A stretch of DNA of 63,817 bases from a bacterium (GTDB lineage Bacteria > Verrucomicrobiota > Verrucomicrobiia > Limisphaerales > JAJXZI01): contig JAJXZI010000174.1 in the NCBI GenBank assembly GCA_021780115.1, positions 1-63,817 on the forward strand. Reading direction: 5' to 3'. The position numbers were made by a program, and so were the translations under genes. The notes beneath the pieces are model-generated. The model searched no databases. It saw nothing but the letters and a program-made list of their open reading frames with translations, and was not told the origin of the DNA. This document shows, piece after piece, positions 56,612 to 63,817 of this stretch (its first letter is position 1; each line of letters begins with the position of its first letter).

Positions 56612-57298
56612 TCAGTCGGCGGCTTGCCAATTCCCCAGGGTCATCGACTGGCTCCGCGTCTTGACCTCGATCCACAAGTCGAACTGGCCTGGGTTGTGGG
56701 TGGGCGACGTGGAAACGTAACGCCAGGAACTGACCGTAAACGCCCACACCACCTCCGGGGCAAGCCCTTCGTAGGGCACGTTGAAACCCAGCACAAACAC
56801 GTCGGGATCGTCATGGAGTTGGCGTGCCGGCAGAGGGTCCGTCGTCAGGAACCGTTTGACCTGGTCGTTGCTCTGGGCGCAGTTCTTGAAGCCGTCGCAG
56901 TGGAAGAATTCCTTGACGAACTTCGCGTCCGCCGGCTCCAGGCTGCCCAACTCCAATGTTTTGTTGGTTGAGTTGTAGATGACGCCTACGAGTTCATACA
57001 GCAGGGGGTTGTTGACCGGGTCGATGACCAGCGGTTGCCTGCCGACCACATGATCGGGAGGGTAAACGCCGAAGTGGGCTTTATAGGCCTCGAGGGCGCT
57101 CAGCAAGATTCGGCGCTGCTCCCGGATGGCGGCGCAGACCTGGGGCATCGCCGCCTTCACTCGCGCTTCAAGGATTTGGGCAGCGACCAAGTTGTAAGCC
57201 ACGTAACCCAGCCCGGCCAGCGCGAGCGCGGCGGCCACAACCAGAGCCGTCTCCCGCACGGTCAGGCGGCGATTAAAATACTGCTTCAACGAGGTCAT
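56612..57298 (-). CDS. hypothetical membrane-anchored protein with pseudopilin-like N-terminal region
   Basis: It has a single N-terminal TM helix (ETALVVAAALALAGLGYVAY). This is followed by LEAYKAHFGVYPPD, which resembles the GspG-type LxxYxxxxGxYP segment. No canonical G/FTLIE prepilin site is present (it reads RRLTVRE). It is the last gene of the RND operon. Confidence 0.45.
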   Translation of the reverse strand: MTSLKQYFNRRLTVRETALVVAAALALAGLGYVAYNLVAAQILEARVKAAMPQVCAAIREQRRILLSALEAYKAHFGVYPPDHVVGRQPLVIDPVNNPLLYELVGVIYNSTNKTLELGSLEPADAKFVKEFFHCDGFKNCAQSNDQVKRFLTTDPLPARQLHDDPDVFVLGFNVPYEGLAPEVVWAFTVSSWRYVSTSPTHNPGQFDLWIEVKTRSQSMTLGNWQAAD

Positions 57299-57310
57299 AA
57301 ACGGGTTGGT

Positions 57311-60300
57311 TTAGACGGTGATCTCCTGTTTTCCGAACTTTCCGTACCGCAACGCCAGCGTCGGCAGCACGAGGAGATTCAGCACCGTCGAAGTCACCAG
57401 CCCCCCGAGAATGACGATGGCCATCGGGCCTTCGATTTCGCGACCGGCCTCGCCGGTGCCCAACGCCAGCGGCAGCAGGCCCAGGCTGGTCACCAGCGCG
57501 GTCATGAGGATCGGCAGCAGGCGCTCGGACGCGCCGCGGTGGGCGGCTTCCAGGCCCCAGGTCATCCCTTCCTGCCGCACCAGGTGCTCGAAGTGCGAGA
57601 CCATCATGATCGAGTTGCGCAGCGTGATGCCGAAGAGCGTCACGAAGCCGACCAGCGAGCCGACGGAGAGGAGGCCGCCCGTGGCGAACACCGCCAGCAC
57701 GCCGCCCACCAGCGCGAACGGCAGGTTCGACAGGATCAGGAGCAGGTTTCGCCCGGAACCAAACAGCAGCGCCAGCAGCAGCACGATGCCCGCGCCGGCC
57801 AGCAGCGAATGCACCAGCAGTTCGCGCTTCGCCGTGGCTTCCGCCTGCGCCGAGCCGGTATAGACCGCGAACACGCCAGGCGGGAAGGCGACTTGGGCCG
57901 CGACCCTCCGTTTCACCTCGGCGGCGAACGACGCCACGTCGCGCCCCTCGACGTTGCACGTCACTTGTTGCAGCCGTTGCGCCCCTTCGTGGATCACGGC
58001 GTAACGGCCGCTGCCCGGGTGGATGTCCGCCAGTTGCCGCAGCGGCACGCTCACGCCCTGGGCGTTGCGGAGTTGGAGCGCGCCGATGGTTTCCGGATTG
58101 CGGCGGCTGGCCGGGTCCAGGATCACCGCCACGTCGAACACGCGGTTGCCTTCGTAAATCTGCGACACGATCGTGCCCTGGTAGGCGGTCTGGATGGCGT
58201 CGAGCACGTCCACCGGCGCGAAGCCGTATTGCCGCAGGCGCTCCGGCCGCAGGCGCACGGCCATTTCCGGCAGGCCGGCGGGCGCTTCGATGTTGATGTC
58301 CACCGCGCCGGGCACGTTGGTCAGCACCTGGTACACCTGGCCGGCCTTCTGATCCAACGTGTCGAGGTCGTTGCCGAAAATGTCGATGACGAACTGGGCG
58401 GTCGTGCCGGAAATCGTTTCCTCCATGCGCTCGGCCAGGAACGACATGACCTGAAACGACAGGCCGGGGAACCGGGCCAGCGCGGCGCGGATTTCCTGTT
58501 GCGCCGATTCCGCCTCCTCGCCCTGGGCCGTCCGCAACTCCACGTGCAGTTCGCTGTATTGCGGGCCGAAGGTGTCCTCGCCGTTCTCCGCCCGCCCGGC
58601 CTCCTGCGACACCGAGCGGACGCGCGGGTTCTTCAGCAGTTCCGCCGTGACGAGCTTGCCGAGCCGCATGGATTCGGTCAGCGACGTGCCCGGCACCGCC
58701 GCCATGTGCAGGATGTAATGGCCTTCGCGGAAGTCGGGCAAAAACTCGCCGCCAAAGAACGGCAGCGTCGCCACCGCCGCCAGGCAGACGACGACCACCA
58801 GGCCGATCACCGTGCGGGGCCGGCGGCTGACGCCTTCCAGCCAGCGGCGGTGGAATCGCTTCAACCAGCGGACGTGCCGCGGTTCCTCATGCGGCGGCAC
58901 GCGTGACAGGATCACGAAACACAGCGCCGGGGTGACGGTGAGCGCCACGCCCAGCGAGGCGAGCGTGGCCAGGATGAAGGAAATGCCCAGCGGCGCGAAC
59001 AACCGGCCCTGCACGCCGCTCATCGTCAGGATCGGCACGAACACCAGCGCGACGATGAACGTGGCGTACACCACCGCGCTGCGCACCTCGAGCGAGGCGT
59101 CGAGGACGACGTGGAAGATCGAAGGCGGGACGGGCGTCCGGCCTGTCGCCATATTGGAATTCGGATTGGAGACAGGCTGGAAACCAGTCTCACGTTCCCG
59201 CAACCGGCGGAGGATGTTTTCCACGTCGATGATCGCGTCATCGACCACCACGCCGATGGCGATGGCGAAACCGCCCAGCGTGATCGTGTTGATCGAGACG
59301 CCGGCCCAGTTCAACACGATCACCGCTGCCAGCAACGAGAGCGGAATCGAGACAAACGAGATGAACGCCGTCCGCAAATCGAGCAGGAACAGAAACAACA
59401 CCACCGCCACCAGCCCGCCGCCGATCAGCAGCGAGCGGTCCACGTTGCCCAGCGAGGTCTCGATGAAATTGGCCGGGCGGAACAGGCGGGCGTTCAACTG
59501 AATGCGCTCCGTGGCCAGCGCCGGCTTCAATTGCTCGAGCGCGGTTTCCAGGGCCCGCGTCACGATCATGGTGTTCGCCTGGTACTGGGCATAGACCAGC
59601 AGCACGACGCCCGAGCGGCCGTTGAGCTGCGCGTCGCCGAACTTGGGCGCCGGCGCCTCGCGCACGTCGGCCACGTCCTTGAGCCGCACGCTCAGGCCGG
59701 CGTGCGGGACGAGCACCACTTCGCCGAGTTGATCGGGCGTGAGCGCCTGGCCCGTCGTGCGGATCCCGATGCGCTGGTTCACCGTATCGACGTAGCCCGC
59801 GCCGCGCACGCCGGTGGCCTGCCGGGCGGCGGCCAGCACTTGATCGAGCGACAGCCCGTAGGCGAGCAGGCGGTCCGGTTTCACCTGCGCCTGGAGTTGG
59901 CGGATGTCGCCGCCGAAAATGTCCACCTTGGCGACGCCGGGCACGCTGAGCACATACGGGCGGAACGTCCAATCCGCGTAGGTGCGCAACTCCATCGGCG
60001 TGCGGTGGGTCGAGGTCAGGCCCAGGACCAGCGTCAGGCTGGTGGAGGAAGTCAGCGGCCCCAGGCGCGGCGGGCCGGTCCCTTGCGGCAGGCGGCTGAG
60101 AACCTCGCCGAGCCGCTCGGTGACCATTTGCCGGGCGAGGAAAATGTCCGCGCCGGCGCGGAAGACGAGCGTGACGACCGAGAGGCCCTGGATGGATTGC
60201 GAGCGGATGGCTTGCAGACTGGGCGTGCCGTTCAACTCGGTTTCAATGGGCAGCGTGACCAGTTGTTCGACTTCCTGCGACGAGAGCCCCGGCGCCTCGG

Positions 60301-60451
60301 TCTGCACGACTACCTGCGGCGGCGCGAATTCCGGGAACACGTCCAGCCGCGTCTGCGTCGCGACGTAGAGGCCGTAGGCGATGACGAGGAAGCCGAGGGC
60401 GATGACCACGCCGCGGTGGCGGAGGGAAAATTGGACGAGGCGGCTTAACAC
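57311..60451 (-). CDS. RND efflux permease, CzcA/CusA (heavy-metal efflux)-like
   Basis: The 1046-aa product has an N-terminus ...LDVFPEFAPPQVVVQTEAPGLSSQEVEQLVTLPIE and 12-TM RND topology with two large loops. The conserved TM4 region reads GGFAIAIGVVVDDAIIDVENI. The start is the GTG at 60451. Confidence 0.9.
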   Translation of the reverse strand: MLSRLVQFSLRHRGVVIALGFLVIAYGLYVATQTRLDVFPEFAPPQVVVQTEAPGLSSQEVEQLVTLPIETELNGTPSLQAIRSQSIQGLSVVTLVFRAGADIFLARQMVTERLGEVLSRLPQGTGPPRLGPLTSSTSLTLVLGLTSTHRTPMELRTYADWTFRPYVLSVPGVAKVDIFGGDIRQLQAQVKPDRLLAYGLSLDQVLAAARQATGVRGAGYVDTVNQRIGIRTTGQALTPDQLGEVVLVPHAGLSVRLKDVADVREAPAPKFGDAQLNGRSGVVLLVYAQYQANTMIVTRALETALEQLKPALATERIQLNARLFRPANFIETSLGNVDRSLLIGGGLVAVVLFLFLLDLRTAFISFVSIPLSLLAAVIVLNWAGVSINTITLGGFAIAIGVVVDDAIIDVENILRRLRERETGFQPVSNPNSNMATGRTPVPPSIFHVVLDASLEVRSAVVYATFIVALVFVPILTMSGVQGRLFAPLGISFILATLASLGVALTVTPALCFVILSRVPPHEEPRHVRWLKRFHRRWLEGVSRRPRTVIGLVVVVCLAAVATLPFFGGEFLPDFREGHYILHMAAVPGTSLTESMRLGKLVTAELLKNPRVRSVSQEAGRAENGEDTFGPQYSELHVELRTAQGEEAESAQQEIRAALARFPGLSFQVMSFLAERMEETISGTTAQFVIDIFGNDLDTLDQKAGQVYQVLTNVPGAVDINIEAPAGLPEMAVRLRPERLRQYGFAPVDVLDAIQTAYQGTIVSQIYEGNRVFDVAVILDPASRRNPETIGALQLRNAQGVSVPLRQLADIHPGSGRYAVIHEGAQRLQQVTCNVEGRDVASFAAEVKRRVAAQVAFPPGVFAVYTGSAQAEATAKRELLVHSLLAGAGIVLLLALLFGSGRNLLLILSNLPFALVGGVLAVFATGGLLSVGSLVGFVTLFGITLRNSIMMVSHFEHLVRQEGMTWGLEAAHRGASERLLPILMTALVTSLGLLPLALGTGEAGREIEGPMAIVILGGLVTSTVLNLLVLPTLALRYGKFGKQEITV

Positions 60452-60485
60452 AGAGGTCGGAGGTCAGAGGTCAGAGGTCAGAAGT
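60451..60485. repeat. tandem heptamer array (5 x CAGAGGT-like), distal arm of an inverted pair
   Basis: The plus strand reads CAGAGGT CGGAGGT CAGAGGT CAGAGGT CAGAAGT. It overlaps the 3' end and stop of the four-helix-bundle ORF and abuts the RND start codon. Confidence 0.9.
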
Positions 60486-60878
60486 CGGTCGCGCGGTTCG
60501 GTTCGCGGGGATCAGGAATTTTTCGGGTCGCAGCATCATCGATCCCAGCATCTTGCCAACTTCGGCGCACAGACCCGTGAGGGCCTGGTGGTCGGTCGGG
60601 GGGACGTAACCGCAGTCGCGGGCGAAATCCAGGCACGAGTCAGTTTCGGCGTTTTCGCCGTCGCAGTCGGTCAGTTTTGAAACGAAATGCGCCTCATAGC
60701 GACGCTTGGCCCAGGCTTCCCGCAAGTTCAGACAGGTGGAGCGAGAGGCCCGTCGGATTTGACTCGTCAACGCGTAACGTTCCTCCGGCGGAAACGTCTT
60801 GCTCAAGCCGAATATCCGCATCGATAGCTCGTATGCTTTCTGATACACGACCAGTTCTTTTGCCGAATTGATTTGCAT
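60471..60878 (-). CDS. four-helix-bundle protein (23S rRNA intervening-sequence protein family)
   Basis: MQINSAKELVVYQKAYELSMRIFGLSKTFPPEERYALTSQIRRASRSTCLNLREAWAKRRYEAHFVSKLTDCDGENAETDSCLDFARDCGY matches the family signature (L.V(Y/W)QKA..L....(Y/F).....FP..E...L..QIRRA..SI..NI.EG......F...L..A.GS..E....L). Confidence 0.85.
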   Translation of the reverse strand: MQINSAKELVVYQKAYELSMRIFGLSKTFPPEERYALTSQIRRASRSTCLNLREAWAKRRYEAHFVSKLTDCDGENAETDSCLDFARDCGYVPPTDHQALTGLCAEVGKMLGSMMLRPEKFLIPANRTARPTSDL

Positions 60879-60900
60879 GACACGCGCCGTCCACCGGTTC

Positions 60901-60932
60901 CTGACCTCTGCCTTCTGATCTCCGACTTCTGC
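60901..60932. repeat. tandem heptamer array, inverted copy of 60451-60485
   Basis: The plus strand reads CTG ACCTCTG CCTTCTG ATCTCCG ACTTCTG C. The reverse complement is G CAGAAGT CGGAGAT CAGAAGG CAGAGGT CAG. It lies between the MFP stop (60935) and the four-helix-bundle start (60878). Confidence 0.9.
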
Positions 60933-60934
60933 TT

Positions 60935-61951
60935 TCAATCGCCCACCTTGATCTGTGCCTTGCGCTCTTCCGAGAGCAACGTCTGCGCGCCCGTCACGAC
61001 GACGCGTTCGGCCGGCGCGACGCCGTTGGTCACGAACCAGCCGGTCGCGGCCGGTCGCGTCAGCGCGATCTCGCGGCGGACAAATTTCGTCGCGTCGGTC
61101 TGAACGTAAATCCAGGCGCGTTCCTCCGAGCGCACGACGGCGTCCTCCGGCACTATCACGCCGTGCGCCGGCTCCCCCGGCAACCGGAGAAATCCGGTCA
61201 GCGCCAGTCCGGGCGTGAGAGCGGCCGGGGCGTTGGTGACGAGGAACAAAAATCCTTCGCCCTGGACTTGCGGGTCGGTCGTGGTCGCCCGGCCAAGAAA
61301 GCGGGCTTCGATCAGCGCGCCATTGCCGGGCGGCACCAACCGGGCGCCGGCAGGCGTCGCCGGCGCGGTCTCGCCGGCGGGCAGTTCCAGGCGCACTAAC
61401 GCCGACTGGCGCGCCGCCAGCGACTGGACGAAGGCGGGCAGGTCGGGTTCGCCGACAACGCCGCCGCCCCATTCGGAAACCAGCCGGGTCTCGGCGAGGT
61501 GCAACGCGACCTGGTCGCGCTGCATCGCCGCCTCGGCGGCCTCCAACGTCTTGGCGGAGGCGTTTTCGCCCTGGTGGAACAGCGCGGTGACGCGCTGGAA
61601 TTCCTTGCTCGACGCCGCCCACGCCACCCGCGCGGAAGCGAGGTCGCCCACCAACCCGGCCAGCGGCGCGGGATCCAGCACGCGGCCGTAGCCCCGGACC
61701 TCCGGCGGCAGCGTCGCGGCGGCGAGGTTCGTGGTTTCCAATCCGATGAGCTTCTGGGTGGGCAAATCGAGTTGAACCCCGGTTCCGCCGCCGCCCTCGC
61801 GCTCCACTTTCGAGGGGGCGACGATGGGGGCGTCGCCTTGCGCGTCGGCCGCCTGTTCCCGGCTCAACCGCGCGTAGCCGTAGATCAGCGCGGCGATCAC
61901 GGCGGCCACGGCGACGAACGCCAAAACAAGAGCGATGCGCTTCGATTTCAT
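60935..61951 (-). CDS. RND efflux periplasmic adaptor (membrane fusion protein)
   Basis: It has an N-terminal anchor (MKSKRIALVLAFVAVAAVIAALIY) and an alpha-hairpin-like segment KEFQRVTALFHQGENASAKTLEAAEAAMQRDQVALHLAETRL. The C-terminal half is beta-rich. It sits directly upstream of the RND permease. The ORF-track start at 62413 would overlap the upstream gene. Confidence 0.75.
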   Translation of the reverse strand: MKSKRIALVLAFVAVAAVIAALIYGYARLSREQAADAQGDAPIVAPSKVEREGGGGTGVQLDLPTQKLIGLETTNLAAATLPPEVRGYGRVLDPAPLAGLVGDLASARVAWAASSKEFQRVTALFHQGENASAKTLEAAEAAMQRDQVALHLAETRLVSEWGGGVVGEPDLPAFVQSLAARQSALVRLELPAGETAPATPAGARLVPPGNGALIEARFLGRATTTDPQVQGEGFLFLVTNAPAALTPGLALTGFLRLPGEPAHGVIVPEDAVVRSEERAWIYVQTDATKFVRREIALTRPAATGWFVTNGVAPAERVVVTGAQTLLSEERKAQIKVGD

Positions 61952-62025
61952 AATTCCAAAGGGCCGGAGTCGTCCCCCCGCCGGTTTGGGCGAAAACGTT
62001 TTTTCGGTGCGGGGCCCGCGCCGCG

Positions 62026-63817
62026 TCACTCGCGCGGCGCGAGTTTTTGCAGCGCCGGTTTTTCGCGCAGGCGCAACATCAGATAATACACGGTCGGCGT
62101 GGCCACGAGCGACAATAGCACCGAAATGCACAGCGCGCCGATGACGGCGATGGCCAGGGGCCGGAGCATGTCCGCGCCGCTGCCGATGCCCCAGGCCAGC
62201 GGCAGCATCCCCAGCGCCGCGGCCAGCGAGGTCATCAGCACCGGCCGCAATCGGCGGTGGCCGGAGCGCACCAGCGCATCCTCCAGGCTCGCCCCTTCGG
62301 CGCGCAGGTGCTCCACGAAGTCGAGCATCAGGATGCCGTTCTTGGCCACGATGCCGACGCCGATGATCGCGCCGAGGAAGGAGACGATGTTGAGCGTGGT
62401 GCCGGTGCGCCACAACGCCGCCACGGTGCCGAACAGCGCCAGCACCGCGCCGAAGACAATCGCCACCGGCTCGTAGAAGGAATGGAATTCAATCACCAGC
62501 ACGGTGAAGACCAGGAACACCGCCAGGAGCAGCACCAGGAGCAGGTTGTGGAACGACTCCTGTTGCTGCTGGTAGAGGCCGCCGTATTCGACCGCGCCGG
62601 GCGGGAGCCATTTGGCCTGGCCGAGTTTCGCCTGGATGTCGGCCATCGCGCCGCCGAGGTCGCGGCCTTCGAGCCGCGCGGTGATGGCGATGTCCTGCCG
62701 CAGGTCTTCACGGTCCAGTTCGACCTGGCTGGGTTCCTCGACGATGTCGGCCACCTGGTTGAGCCGCACGACCGCGCCGCCCGGCGCGCGGACGGGCAGG
62801 TCGCCCAGCGCGGCGATGCGGCCGACGCTCGCCCGGTCGGCCAGCACGCGGATGTTGACGAGGCGGTCGCCTTCGAGGACGTGCGAGGACACCTGGCCGA
62901 GCAGGGCGGTGTTGGCGGCGGCGGCCAGGTCCGTCGCCGTGAGGCCGAAGCGTTCGGCGTCGGCGAGGCGCACGCGCAGGTTGATCGAGGGACCGGTTTC
63001 CACCAGGCCGCTGAAGGTGTCCACCACGCCGGGGACGGACTTGATTTCCGCCTCGACGCGCGGCGCCGTCTTCCGCAGCCACTCCAGGTCGGGCGAGAAG
63101 AGCTTGATCTGGATCGGTTCGGGCGTCAGCGCCAGGTCACCGACCAGGTCGGTGAGGATGCCGGGGAATTCCCAGCGCACGGCGGGAATCTGTTCGTTGA
63201 GTTGGTGGCGCAATTCGGCGATGACCTCGTCCGTCGCGTGCTGACGGTCCGGCTTGAGCTTCACCAGGAAGTCGCCGCGGTAGGGCTCGGTGATGAACAG
63301 GCCGAGCTGGGTGCCGAGCCGGCGCGAGTAACTCTCCACGTCCGGGTTGGCCCGCAGCATCTGCTCCGCCTGGTCCAGTTGGCGCGACGTCTCCGTCAGG
63401 CTAGTGCCCGGTGGCGCGTTGAAATCAATGACGAAACCGCCTTCGTCGAACGCGGGCAGGAAGTCCGACTGCAAACGCTGGTAAATGAAGATGCCGAGGA
63501 CCGCGATCGCGCCGCAGGCGAGCATCGTCAGCCAGCGATGCCGCAGCGCGGCGCGCACCGCCGCCTCATAGACGCGAATGACCCGGCGCAGCAGGAACCC
63601 GCCTTCGGCCGCGTCCGGCGCCGGCCCGGCCCCGGCGTGCTTCGGCTCGCACACGAACCAGCCCGCCAGCGACGGCGTCAGCGTGACGGCCAGCACGAGC
63701 GACGTGAGCAGCGACACCACCATCGTCAGCGCCAGCGCGCGGAAGAAGACGCCGGCGATGCCCACCAGAAAGGCCAGCGGCAGGAACACCACCACCGGCG
63801 TCAGCGTCGAGCCGACC
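62026..63817 (-). CDS. RND efflux permease, C-terminal ~590 aa (runs off the window end)
   Basis: RND blocks are conserved, e.g. FLGAIIGVGIVAKNGILMLDF, RRLRPVLMTSLAAALGMLPLA and LAIAVIGALCISVLLSLVATP. The frame is open to the window edge. Confidence 0.88.
   Translation of the reverse strand, partial: VGSTLTPVVVFLPLAFLVGIAGVFFRALALTMVVSLLTSLVLAVTLTPSLAGWFVCEPKHAGAGPAPDAAEGGFLLRRVIRVYEAAVRAALRHRWLTMLACGAIAVLGIFIYQRLQSDFLPAFDEGGFVIDFNAPPGTSLTETSRQLDQAEQMLRANPDVESYSRRLGTQLGLFITEPYRGDFLVKLKPDRQHATDEVIAELRHQLNEQIPAVRWEFPGILTDLVGDLALTPEPIQIKLFSPDLEWLRKTAPRVEAEIKSVPGVVDTFSGLVETGPSINLRVRLADAERFGLTATDLAAAANTALLGQVSSHVLEGDRLVNIRVLADRASVGRIAALGDLPVRAPGGAVVRLNQVADIVEEPSQVELDREDLRQDIAITARLEGRDLGGAMADIQAKLGQAKWLPPGAVEYGGLYQQQQESFHNLLLVLLLAVFLVFTVLVIEFHSFYEPVAIVFGAVLALFGTVAALWRTGTTLNIVSFLGAIIGVGIVAKNGILMLDFVEHLRAEGASLEDALVRSGHRRLRPVLMTSLAAALGMLPLAWGIGSGADMLRPLAIAVIGALCISVLLSLVATPTVYYLMLRLREKPALQKLAPRE

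Overview
High-GC (~65% by eye) chromosomal segment from a Gram-negative bacterium. The gene content looks like a PVC-group, Verrucomicrobiota-like organism: lpxK/lpxL/GT9 heptosyltransferase, delta-60 and PPC-repeat giant secreted proteins, and a four-helix-bundle cassette. The taxon cannot be proven from sequence alone. Most of the window is housekeeping or accessory metabolism. Recognisable genes: an orphan OppC-like permease, an AmmeMemoRadiSam radical-SAM enzyme, GAPDH, a class-III aminotransferase, the sulfate-assimilation operon cysI-cysH-cysD-cysNC with cysE nearby, lipid A/LPS genes, secreted glycosidase-like proteins, a multi-PDZ HtrA protease, a transsulfuration enzyme, LD-carboxypeptidase, pyrG, a Ser/Thr kinase, three very large secreted repeat proteins, a sigma-54-type activator and RND efflux genes. 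I recognised no rRNA, tRNA or CRISPR array. The non-ordinary content is as follows. (1) A lower-GC AvaI/BsoBI-like type II R-M pair at 4603-7242. (2) A second lower-GC two-gene module at 51761-54849: a small PD-(D/E)XK nuclease translationally coupled by an ATGA overlap to a Zn-ribbon DUF1156/COG1743-like methyltransferase, next to a truncated and frameshifted P-type ATPase remnant. (3) A small island at ~38.4-40.6 kb with a metallophosphoesterase, two mini-ORFs and a dense block of helically phased tandem repeats. (4) A four-helix-bundle (23S-IVS-type) gene inserted exactly between the MFP and RND genes of an efflux operon and bracketed by inverted heptamer arrays. None of these can be shown to be new without database searches, and I state which searches would decide. 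Many long ORFs in the track are GC-driven antisense shadows and were rejected.
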